Part shown: positions 32,393 through 40,705 of the stretch, piece after piece
Layout of the letters: every line of letters starts with the position of its first letter
Position numbering within the stretch: the first letter of the stretch is position 1
Assembly (NCBI RefSeq): GCF_029264495.1
Contig: NZ_JARIBH010000007.1
Location: 1,636 to 65,635, forward strand
Source: Peptacetobacter sp.
GTDB taxonomy: Bacteria; Bacillota; Clostridia; Peptostreptococcales; Peptostreptococcaceae
Reading direction: 5' to 3'
Length of the DNA: 64,000 nt
Translations under genes and position numbers: made by a program
The notes under the pieces: model-generated
Databases searched by the model: none
Seen by the model: only the letters and a program-made list of their open reading frames with translations
What the model was told of the DNA's origin: nothing

Positions 32393-33058
32393 TTATAAAG
32401 TTTTTAGTGATATGGCTATGATAGGAGTACCAATTATACTATAATATTCTGTTATATCGGCTTCATATAGTACATTATCTATTTTTAATTTAGTTGGTAT
32501 ACCTAAAGATATATATTCCACATTTTCAAATTGCAAACAATATCTATCTAGTTCTTCTAAAAACTCATCTACAGAATTTATCTTTTTATTTAGCTCTATA
32601 TAAATAGTTTTATATTTTTTAGAAGAATTAAAAGTATTTAAGTCATTTGCAGTATTTTTTAGATATAAGTATTCTAAAAACCACATAGATAGAATTGTAA
32701 CTATTGTAGAATTTATAAATAATTTAAATATAAAAGGAGTAATAATAGATAAAACAGGAATAAAGAATGTAATTATCATAATCCAGTAAATTCCACTAAT
32801 ACCATTTAAGATATTGTAATTATATCGAATATCTTGATTTATATTTCTAAAAAATATAATAAAGAATCCAATAGTTAAAGATAAAATAAAAAATATTGGA
32901 GCTAAACTTTGATTAGATACAACATTTTCAATATTCATTATAAAAACTAAAAGCATAAAAATTGAAAATATAATAAAGCCTAAATAAGAACCATAGATAA
33001 TAGAATTTTTTATATACTCTTTATAATTATTTTTGATTAAATATAATGTATTCTTCAT
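32393..33058 (-). CDS. 4-TM membrane protein with C-terminal soluble domain; partner of the LytTR regulator
   Basis: Four hydrophobic segments, then WFLEYLYLKNTANDLN (reminiscent of the DUF3021 C-terminus) and about 75 extra residues. Starts 1 nt after the LytTR stop. Confidence 0.75.
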   Translation of the reverse strand: MKNTLYLIKNNYKEYIKNSIIYGSYLGFIIFSIFMLLVFIMNIENVVSNQSLAPIFFILSLTIGFFIIFFRNINQDIRYNYNILNGISGIYWIMIITFFIPVLSIITPFIFKLFINSTIVTILSMWFLEYLYLKNTANDLNTFNSSKKYKTIYIELNKKINSVDEFLEELDRYCLQFENVEYISLGIPTKLKIDNVLYEADITEYYSIIGTPIIAISLKTL

Positions 33059-33059
33059 T

Positions 33060-33509
33060 TTATTTTCCTCCAGATAAAAATTCTTTTACTTTTTTTACAT
33101 AGTGTCTAGAAATATAAACATCTTTATTATTTATAAGTTTAGCCTTCATAAGTCCACTTGGAGCAGGTTTATATATTTTTACAAACTTTAAGTTTAAAAT
33201 AGTAGATTTAGAAATCCTAGAAAAATGCTTTGGAAGTATCTTTTCTAGTTCATATAATCTTTTGCTACAATTATAAGAATTTGTCTGAGTATGTACTATT
33301 TGTATATTTTTATAACTTTCTATAAAAACTATCTCAAAAAAAGGAATATAATGAAATTTTCCATCCTTTGTACAGACAATAGTTTCCATTCTAAAATTTT
33401 CTTTTTCTAAAAAGGATACAATTTCATCAGAATATTTATTTGATTTATGCAAATTTAAAATAGCATTTTCTTCAAAAATTTCATCTATATTATTAACTTT
33501 AACTTTCAA
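33060..33509 (-). CDS. LytTR-only transcriptional regulator (no receiver domain)
   Basis: IVFIES, RLYELEKILP..FSRISKSTILN, ISRHYVKKVKEFL. TTG start 33509 after GGAGGT; 149 aa. Confidence 0.9.
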   Translation of the reverse strand: MKVKVNNIDEIFEENAILNLHKSNKYSDEIVSFLEKENFRMETIVCTKDGKFHYIPFFEIVFIESYKNIQIVHTQTNSYNCSKRLYELEKILPKHFSRISKSTILNLKFVKIYKPAPSGLMKAKLINNKDVYISRHYVKKVKEFLSGGK

Positions 33510-33546
33510 AATAAGACCTCCGTAAAAGTAATTATGATTTGAGATA

Positions 33547-33619
33547 ATCATAACTTAAAGATAAATCTATGTCCATAAAAAATAAATAAGAGGTAAGAAA
33601 ATTATGTATAAGAGGTAAG
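33547..33619 (-). promoter_or_regulatory. LytTR operator direct repeats and promoter
   Basis: Two identical 12-mers CTTACCTCTTAT on the minus strand (33608-33619, 33586-33597; 22-bp period), then TGGACA(33575-33570)-17bp-TATGAT(33552-33547). Confidence 0.8.
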
Positions 33620-33788
33620 TATTTGGATTAGAAGATAAATATATAAATGAATGTAAAACATTTATAATAATTCTTAAAAGTGGAATAAGAAATTTAATTA
33701 AGGTATAATATTGAGAGTATACAAATAAATTAAATTATATTTAAAAATTTATATTTTAGTATAGATATATTTTGGAAAGGAGCTATAG

Positions 33789-34400
33789 ATGGAAGAAAGT
33801 ATTATAGAAGTAATAAATGAATTTGGATATATAGGAATATTATTTTTAATGGCGATAGAAAATATTTTTCCACCGATACCATCAGAAATAGTATTGGCAT
33901 TTGGAGGTTTTTCTACAACATATACAAGTATTAAAAAATTTGGAGTTATATTAGCTGCTACACTAGGTTCTTTGATTGGAGCAATAATATTGTATTATAT
34001 AGGATATTTGATAAGTGCTGAAAGAATAAATACTCTAATAAATAGTAAATTAGGGAGAACTTTGAGATTAAAAAGAGAAAACTTAAAAAAGGCTGAAAAT
34101 TGGTTCAAAAGACATGGGTATAGAACAGTATTTTTTGCTAGATTTGCACCAATAGTAAGAAGTATAATATCAGTTCCAGCGGGAACATCTAAGATGAAAC
34201 TCGGAAAATTTTTATTGTTTACAGCAGCAGGGACAATAATATGGAATACGGTTCTTGTTCAAGTTGGAAGTATGCTTGGAAATACATGGAATAGAATTGT
34301 AAAATATATGGATATGTATTCTCTTATTATATTTAGTTTAATACCTATTGTTTTAATAATATTTTCATTCATATTTTATAAAAATAAGAATAAGATATAG
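33789..34400 (+). CDS. DedA family membrane protein
   Basis: ENIFPPIPSE, GSLIG, FARFAPIVRSIISVPAG. Confidence 0.93.
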   Translation: MEESIIEVINEFGYIGILFLMAIENIFPPIPSEIVLAFGGFSTTYTSIKKFGVILAATLGSLIGAIILYYIGYLISAERINTLINSKLGRTLRLKRENLKKAENWFKRHGYRTVFFARFAPIVRSIISVPAGTSKMKLGKFLLFTAAGTIIWNTVLVQVGSMLGNTWNRIVKYMDMYSLIIFSLIPIVLIIFSFIFYKNKNKI

Positions 34401-34425
34401 ATAGACCAGAGTAAAATATCAATAC

Positions 34426-34482
34426 ACATTGACGTATATCGATATAAAATGTATAATTTAAAATATCGATATATATCAATGT
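34426..34482 (+). promoter_or_regulatory. sigmaA promoter with overlapping inverted-repeat operator
   Basis: TTGACG(34429)-17bp-TATAAT(34452). Arms 34426-34445 and 34463-34482 are inverted (18/20), each containing the palindrome ATATCGATAT. Confidence 0.7.
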
Positions 34483-34496
34483 ATGAGGTGGAATAT

Positions 34497-35426
34497 ATGA
34501 AAACAAAACTATATTTATTTACAGGATTTTTAGGTTCAGGAAAGACAACTATTCTTCTTGAAATGTTAAAAAAACTTGAGAATAATAAAATTGGTGTTAT
34601 ACAAAATGAGATAGGTAAAATAAGCATAGATGGCGAAATATTAAAAAAAGATGGAATTCAAATGGTAGAATTGAATAGAGGTTCTATATTTTGCTCTTGT
34701 TTAAAATTAAATTTTGTACAAGCTCTTTCAGATATGAGTGAAAATAATTTTGAATATATGTTTGTAGAAAGTTCTGGAATAGGAGATCCATCAAATTTAG
34801 ATGAAATTTTAAAAGCTGTAAAAGTTGTTGCAGGTGATAAATATGATTTTAGAGGATCTATATGTATAGTTGATGCTTTAAATTTAGATAATCAATTAAA
34901 AGAAGATGAGACAGTTGAAAGACAGATAAAACATTGTAATATGGCAGTAATAACTAAAACTGATATATGTGGAGATGAAAAATTCGATACGATTTTTGAA
35001 AAAATAAAAGAAATAAATCCTATTTGTAAAATTGAAAAAAGTGTAAATGGAATAATGGATTATTCCTTTTTAGAAGAAGATTTAATGAAATACAAATGGG
35101 CAGAATCTGAAGAATCTATAAATTCTATAGATACAAAACCGAAGACATTATTTTTAAACTTTGAGGGAGAAATAGAAAAAACAAAATTAACACAATTTCT
35201 TGAAGAGATGACAGAAGATGTGTATAGGATGAAAGGCTTCTTTAAAATTAAAGAATATGGATGGAATCAAGTCGATGTAGTTGGAAAGAAAATAGATTAT
35301 AAAACTTGTACAGATAAAGGAAGTTCTCAACTTGTATTTATATCAAAAAAAGGTCCAACTATAATAAGAAAAATTTTTTCTAGCTGGGAAAAAATAGTTG
35401 GATTAGAAATGAAATTAAAAAACTAA
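34497..35426 (+). CDS. CobW/COG0523-like G3E GTPase (metallochaperone)
   Basis: TGFLGSGKTT, QNEIG, GSIFCSCL, VESSG, TKTD, RMKGF. ATG 34497 after GAGGTG. Confidence 0.88.
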   Translation: MKTKLYLFTGFLGSGKTTILLEMLKKLENNKIGVIQNEIGKISIDGEILKKDGIQMVELNRGSIFCSCLKLNFVQALSDMSENNFEYMFVESSGIGDPSNLDEILKAVKVVAGDKYDFRGSICIVDALNLDNQLKEDETVERQIKHCNMAVITKTDICGDEKFDTIFEKIKEINPICKIEKSVNGIMDYSFLEEDLMKYKWAESEESINSIDTKPKTLFLNFEGEIEKTKLTQFLEEMTEDVYRMKGFFKIKEYGWNQVDVVGKKIDYKTCTDKGSSQLVFISKKGPTIIRKIFSSWEKIVGLEMKLKN

Positions 35427-35460
35427 TTTAGAATTGGAAAAGATGCAGAAATAATACTAT

Positions 35461-35510
35461 TAAAAGAGACTGTTATCAATTATTTTAATTGTAGTAATGG
35501 TCTCTTTTTA
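35461..35510 (+). terminator. Terminator after the CobW-like gene
   Basis: aaaagagactgtta / taatggtctctttt stem with G-U pairs and a T tail. Confidence 0.65.
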
Positions 35511-35570
35511 TATGAAAAACAATGATATATAATAAAATTAATTATAAATATCATAAAGGTGGCGATTGTA

Positions 35571-36296
35571 TTGAAAAAGTTTTTATTCAAAGAGGATTTA
35601 GAGCAATTTTTAAGGGAAAATAGAAGAGATAAAAAAGAAAAAATAGATTTAAAAAATACGATATTTGAAGAATTAGATTTAACAGGAATGGATTTGAGCA
35701 ATATAGATTTTGAATGGTCTGACTTTAAAAATGTAAGATTATCTCATGTAAATTTTGAAAATTCTAATTTAAGTAATGTTTTTTTAGAAAATGCAGATTT
35801 ATCCAATTCTAATTTTAAAAATTGTACAATGCATGGAACAAATTTAAGATATACAAATCTAGAAAATATAGATTTATCTGGAGCAGATATATTTTGTGCA
35901 AATTTGGAAGAAGCAAAAATGGATGGAATAAAAACAGATGAAAATACAAAGCATTATAAAATGATTTGTCCAGAAACAGGAGCTTTTTTAGGATGGAAAA
36001 CTTGTTTTAATAAAAGACTTGTTAGGCTTTTGATTCCAGCAGATGCAAGAAGAACTAGTTCAACAATGAATACTTGTAGATGTGATAAGGCAAAAGTTAT
36101 AAGTATATCTGATTCAGATGAAAAAGAAAAATTTGATGAAGCTGTATCTTATGTAGATGGGGATTTTGTATATAAAGTTGGAGAAATGGTATATGCAAAA
36201 GGATTCAATCCTGATAGATGGAGAGATTCTACAGGTGGAATTCATTTTTTTATGACTAAAGAAGAAGCTCTTGGATATTTAATGAGTATAAGTTAG
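35571..36296 (+). CDS. Pentapeptide-repeat protein with DUF5758-like C-terminal domain
   Basis: xDLxx/xNLxx pentad repeats over about 100 aa, then PETGAFLGWK...LLIPADARR...CRCDKAKV...GGIHFF. TTG 35571 after AAAGGTGG. Confidence 0.8.
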   Translation: MKKFLFKEDLEQFLRENRRDKKEKIDLKNTIFEELDLTGMDLSNIDFEWSDFKNVRLSHVNFENSNLSNVFLENADLSNSNFKNCTMHGTNLRYTNLENIDLSGADIFCANLEEAKMDGIKTDENTKHYKMICPETGAFLGWKTCFNKRLVRLLIPADARRTSSTMNTCRCDKAKVISISDSDEKEKFDEAVSYVDGDFVYKVGEMVYAKGFNPDRWRDSTGGIHFFMTKEEALGYLMSIS

Positions 36297-36425
36297 GATT
36301 AAGATAAGTTATAAAGTTTATCAGAAATTAATAGTTAAAATTGATGTAGTTTAATTTATATAATAGACATAGTAGCTATAATATGTTAATATATAATTCG
36401 AGTTGCTATGAAAGGTGGATAAAAG

Positions 36426-36599
36426 ATGAACACAATAATAATGTTGAAAAGACTTTTTGCTATATGTATATTATGTTTAGCTTCAAATATGATTGTTGAT
36501 AAAATAAATAAAGATTTAAAACTTTCAAAAGTTATGAAAAGAGTACTTTTAATAGTTTTCTATATTGGAGTAGTAGCTCTTGTAACATGGTTATTTTAA
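36426..36599 (+). CDS. 57-aa two-TM small membrane protein (not in ORF track)
   Basis: GAAAGGTGG RBS, ATG 36426: MNTIIMLKRLFAICILCLASNMIVDKINKDLKLSKVMKRVLLIVFYIGVVALVTWLF*. Confidence 0.65.
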   Translation: MNTIIMLKRLFAICILCLASNMIVDKINKDLKLSKVMKRVLLIVFYIGVVALVTWLF

Positions 36600-36654
36600 G
36601 TACAAATACATAAATTGATTTTAATTATTAAAAATTAGATATAAAATTGCCTAA

Positions 36655-36709
36655 AAAGCGTTGAGTGCTGCTTCAAATAAATGACGGTACTTGACGCTTT
36701 ATTTTTATT
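36655..36709 (+). terminator. GC-rich hairpin/terminator after the 57-aa ORF
   Basis: aaagcgttgagtgct / ggtacttgacgcttt: 15 bp with four G-U pairs valid only on + strand RNA; T-rich tail. Confidence 0.7.
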
Positions 36710-36834
36710 AAAAAATATTATCTTTAAAAAAAGAGGAATTAGTAATATAAAAATGGAAATATATAAAATACACTTCAAATATACAATTTATGAACTATAT
36801 TTTAAATTAATTGAATTTTGAGACTTTAAAATTG

Positions 36835-37004
36835 AAAATACGAATAAAAATTATAAAATATCGCTATAAACACCAAAAACACGAACAATAATCACTTGAA
36901 TTTTAAAAAATTTTTAATTATTTCAAAAAAAAACAAAAAATATATTGATAATATATGGATATTAATATAATATTTATATATAATAGTTCGTATAATGATA
37001 CGAA
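36835..37004. promoter_or_regulatory. PurBox-like sites upstream of the pur operon
   Basis: AAACACGAACAATA (36877-36890), AAAATACGAATAAA (36835-36848), and palindrome TTCGTAT-aatg-ATACGAA (36987-37004); CGAA cores as in Bacillus PurR boxes. Confidence 0.55.
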
Positions 37005-37050
37005 TTTTTGACTGAGATTAAAAGAGAGATATAAAGGAGAGGGAAGAATA

Positions 37051-37527
37051 ATGAAAGTTGCAGTAATAATGGGATCTAAATCAGATTTTCCAAAAGTAGA
37101 AGAAGGAATAAAAGTATTAAAAGAATTTGGTATAGAAGTAGTAGTCAGAGCTTTATCTGCTCATAGAACACCGGTTCAGTTAACAGAATGTTTAGAAGGG
37201 CTAGAAGACAATACAGATGTAATAATAGCAGCAGCTGGTAAAGCAGCACATCTTCCAGGTGTTATAGCAGCACAGACATTAATTCCAGTAGTTGGGCTTC
37301 CAATAAAATCATCAACTATGGATGGACTAGATTCGCTATTATCAATAGTTCAAATGCCAAAAGGTATACCAGTAGCTACAGTAGCTATAGATGGTGGTTT
37401 AAACTCTGCATTAATGGCTATACAGATGATGTCATTAAAATATCCTAAATTAAAAGAACAGTTAAAATCATACAGAGATGAAATGGCTAAAAAAGTTCTT
37501 GAAGATGATGAAAGCTTAAATATATAA
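37051..37527 (+). CDS. purE: N5-CAIR mutase / AIR carboxylase
   Basis: MGSKSD, SAHRTP, AGKAAHLPG, QMPKGIPVATV. Confidence 0.97.
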   Translation: MKVAVIMGSKSDFPKVEEGIKVLKEFGIEVVVRALSAHRTPVQLTECLEGLEDNTDVIIAAAGKAAHLPGVIAAQTLIPVVGLPIKSSTMDGLDSLLSIVQMPKGIPVATVAIDGGLNSALMAIQMMSLKYPKLKEQLKSYRDEMAKKVLEDDESLNI

Positions 37528-37624
37528 TTAAAAAATTTAGAGTTATAAATTGAGAAATAATTAAAAATTAAAAATAGAAAGTAATAAAAATTTTAAAATA
37601 GATATTTATAAAAGGAGTGAGTGT

Positions 37625-38980
37625 ATGAGCGGAATAGTAGGTATTTACTCAGATAATAAAGTATCAAAAGAGCTATATTATGGAATTTATTCTATGCAAC
37701 ATAGAGGTCAAGAAAGTTGTGGTATGGCTGTTTACGATTCTGAGAAAAAAGAAATAGTTTATAAAAAAGAAAAAGGTTTAGTTGGAGATGCTTTTAAAGA
37801 AGACGAATTAAAAAATTATAATGGAAATCTTGGGATAGCACACGTTAGATCTTCTTCAGTTGGACACAATCACATTGCAAATACACAGCCATTCGTAGGA
37901 AGCTGTAGAAATAGAAATCTTGCAATAGTTGATAATGGAAGTTTAGTTAATGCAAATTATCTTAGAGAAACAATGGAAGAAGAAGGATTTATGTTCCAAA
38001 CTAATTCAGATGCAGAGGTTATACTTCACATTCTAGCTAGATATTATAAAGGTGATATAGTTGAAGCTGTAAAAGTTACTATGGATTATATAAAAGGGTC
38101 TTATACATTAGCTATAATATGTGATGATTCTCTAGTTGCAGTTAGAGATCCTCATGGATTTAGATCACTTCTTTTAGGTAAAAAAGGAAATGAATATTTA
38201 ATTGCTTCTGAAAATAGTGCAATAGAAATACTAGGTGGAGAAGTAATAAGAGATGTTGAACCAGGAGAAATAATAGTTATAAAAGATGGAGAATTAAAAT
38301 CTTACAATTATTCAGATACATATAAACCAGTTAAAAAAAGCTGTATATTTGAACACATATATATAGCTAGAAATGATGCAACATTAGATGATTTAAACGC
38401 ATATGAATTTAGAATAAATTGTGGTGCTTATCTTGCAAAAGATGAAGATGTAAAAGCTGATTGTGTTGTTCCAGTTCCTGATTCAGGTTGGGCAGGTGCT
38501 ATTGGTTATGCAAATGCCAGTGGCTTACAGTTAAGTGAAGGATTAGTAAAAAATAGATATGTTGGTAGAACTTTTATAAAACCAACACAAGAAGAAAGAG
38601 AAATAGCTGTTAGAATAAAATTAAACCCACTAGTACCAGCATTAAAAGGTAAATCTATAATATTAGTAGATGACTCAATTGTAAGAGGTACAACTTCTAA
38701 ACAGCTAGTTAAATCATTAAGACAGGCGGGAGTTAAGGAAGTTCATTTAAGAATAACTTCACCTCCAGTAAAATATCCTTGTTATTATGGAATAGATACA
38801 CCAACAAGAGAAAGTTTACTTGCATCAGATCATTCAGTAGAAGAAATGAGAGAATACATAGGATGTGATACATTAAAATTCATATCTTCTGAAGGAATGA
38901 AGGAAGCAGCTAAAGGAATGAATACATTCTGTAAAGCTTGTTTTGATGGAGATTATGCAGTAAAAAAAATAGATAAATAA
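37625..38980 (+). CDS. purF: Amidophosphoribosyltransferase with degenerate glutaminase domain
   Basis: QHRGQES, VPDSG, KNRYVGRTFI, VDDSIVRGTT and Fe-S cysteines present. N-terminus is MSG rather than MCG. Confidence 0.95.
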   Translation: MSGIVGIYSDNKVSKELYYGIYSMQHRGQESCGMAVYDSEKKEIVYKKEKGLVGDAFKEDELKNYNGNLGIAHVRSSSVGHNHIANTQPFVGSCRNRNLAIVDNGSLVNANYLRETMEEEGFMFQTNSDAEVILHILARYYKGDIVEAVKVTMDYIKGSYTLAIICDDSLVAVRDPHGFRSLLLGKKGNEYLIASENSAIEILGGEVIRDVEPGEIIVIKDGELKSYNYSDTYKPVKKSCIFEHIYIARNDATLDDLNAYEFRINCGAYLAKDEDVKADCVVPVPDSGWAGAIGYANASGLQLSEGLVKNRYVGRTFIKPTQEEREIAVRIKLNPLVPALKGKSIILVDDSIVRGTTSKQLVKSLRQAGVKEVHLRITSPPVKYPCYYGIDTPTRESLLASDHSVEEMREYIGCDTLKFISSEGMKEAAKGMNTFCKACFDGDYAVKKIDK

Positions 38981-39038
38981 GTGAAAGTTTTAAAGTCGGT
39001 TTTGGTAAATAAAAAGCAAATCTAGGAGGAAATTAATA

Positions 39039-40115
39039 ATGCTAACATACAAAGCTTCAGGAGTAAATATAGACGAAGGTAATAGAGCAGTAGACCTAAT
39101 AAAAGGAAAAATAAAAGAAACATATGATGATAATGTAATAGGAGATTTAGGTAACTTCAGTGGTCTTTATAGTATAGCTGAATTTTCAGGAATGAAAGAA
39201 CCAGTTATAATGGGAGCAACAGATGGAGTTGGAACAAAATTAAAAATAGCTCAGATGATGGACATACATCATACAGTTGGTATAGATTTAGTTGCAATGA
39301 GTGTTAATGACCTTATATGCCAAGGTGCTAGACCATTATTCTTCCTTGACTATATAGCTCTTGGAAAATTAGTTCCAGAACATATAGAAAAAATAGTTGA
39401 AGGTGTAGCGAATGGATGTAAAATGTCTGGCTGTGCATTAATCGGTGGCGAAACTGCTGAAATGCCAGGAATGTACGGAGAAGAAGATTACGACTTAGCA
39501 GGATTTGCTGTTGGTATAGCAGATAAATCAAAAGTTGTAACTGGTAAAGATGTAAAAGCTGGAGACGTTTTAGTAGGTATAACTTCAAGTGGTATACATT
39601 CAAATGGATTCTCATTTATAAGAAAAATATTCTTAGAAGAATTTAAATATGATATGGATCAATATGTTGAAGAATTAGGAATGACAGTAGGTGAAGCACT
39701 ACTTACTCCAACAAAAATATATGTTAAATTAGCACTAGATTTAATAGAAAAACACAATATAAAAGCAATATCACATATAACTGGTGGTGGTGTTATAGAA
39801 AATATAACAAGAGTTATACCAAAAGGATTAGGACTTAATATAAACACTAAATCATGGGAAAAACCACCAATATTCAAAATGATAGAAGGATTCAATGCTG
39901 TTGAGCAGAGAGAATTACACAAAAGTTTCAATATGGGTATAGGACTTGTTCTTATAGTGAACAAAGAAGATGCTCAAAGTGTTGTAGATTACATAAATGC
40001 TAGACCAAGCGATAATAAATGCTTTGTTGAAGAAAAATATGCTGACCTTATGGAAGATAATGCATATATTATAGGTGAAGTTGTAGATACTCATGAAGGA
40101 GTAGAATTATGCTAA
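39039..40115 (+). CDS. purM: Phosphoribosylformylglycinamidine cyclo-ligase
   Basis: YKASGVNID, DGVGTKL, GGETAEMPG, HSNGFS, HITGGG, FNMGIG. Confidence 0.97.
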   Translation: MLTYKASGVNIDEGNRAVDLIKGKIKETYDDNVIGDLGNFSGLYSIAEFSGMKEPVIMGATDGVGTKLKIAQMMDIHHTVGIDLVAMSVNDLICQGARPLFFLDYIALGKLVPEHIEKIVEGVANGCKMSGCALIGGETAEMPGMYGEEDYDLAGFAVGIADKSKVVTGKDVKAGDVLVGITSSGIHSNGFSFIRKIFLEEFKYDMDQYVEELGMTVGEALLTPTKIYVKLALDLIEKHNIKAISHITGGGVIENITRVIPKGLGLNINTKSWEKPPIFKMIEGFNAVEQRELHKSFNMGIGLVLIVNKEDAQSVVDYINARPSDNKCFVEEKYADLMEDNAYIIGEVVDTHEGVELC

Positions 40116-40705
40116 AAAATATTGCTGTTTTAGTATCAGGTGGAGGAACAAATCTTCAATCAATAATAGATGCAACAGAAAATGGAGAAATAAATGGTCA
40201 GATAAAAGTAGTAATTTCTAATAAAGAAAATGCGTATGGTCTTGAGAGAGCGAGAAAACATAACATAGAAGCTATTTTTGAAAATGATGAAAAAAAAGTA
40301 ATAGAGATATTAAAAGAAAAAGAAATAGATGTAATAGTAATGGCTGGATATTTAAAAATAATTAGCTCAGAATTTGTAAATGAATTTAGCAATAAAATAG
40401 TAAATATTCACCCTTCTCTAATACCTTCTTTCTGCGGAAAGGGGTATTATGGGAAAAGAGTTCATCAAGGAGTTTTAGATTATGGAGCAAAAGTTACTGG
40501 AGCTACAGTTCACTTTGTAACAGAAGGAGCAGATGAGGGTCCAATAATAATGCAAGAAGCTGTAATAGTAGAACAAAATGATGATGCAGATACTCTAGCT
40601 GCTAGAGTACTTAAAGTAGAACATAAGATACTTAAAAAAAGTGTAGCACTTTTATGTGAAGACAAAATAAAAGTTGATGGAAGGAGAGTATATATAAATG
40701 AGTAA
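40109..40705 (+). CDS. purN: Phosphoribosylglycinamide formyltransferase
   Basis: SGGGTNLQS, LAGY-like MAGY, NIHPSLIP, GATVHFV..D.GPII, EH. Confidence 0.97.
   Translation: MLKNIAVLVSGGGTNLQSIIDATENGEINGQIKVVISNKENAYGLERARKHNIEAIFENDEKKVIEILKEKEIDVIVMAGYLKIISSEFVNEFSNKIVNIHPSLIPSFCGKGYYGKRVHQGVLDYGAKVTGATVHFVTEGADEGPIIMQEAVIVEQNDDADTLAARVLKVEHKILKKSVALLCEDKIKVDGRRVYINE

Noticed and set aside
33510-33551. ORF-track start of LytTR at 33551
   Set aside because: That ATG lies inside the predicted -10; TTG 33509 follows GGAGGT.
35600-35930. Repetitive DNA in the pentapeptide gene as a tandem repeat array
   Set aside because: Repetition is at the protein level (15-nt period, degenerate) and is explained by the pentapeptide fold.
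36720-37050. Purine riboswitch upstream of purE
   Set aside because: No TAT(G)G loop, TTTCTACC junction or P1-P3 pairing found; the CGAA boxes fit PurR control better.
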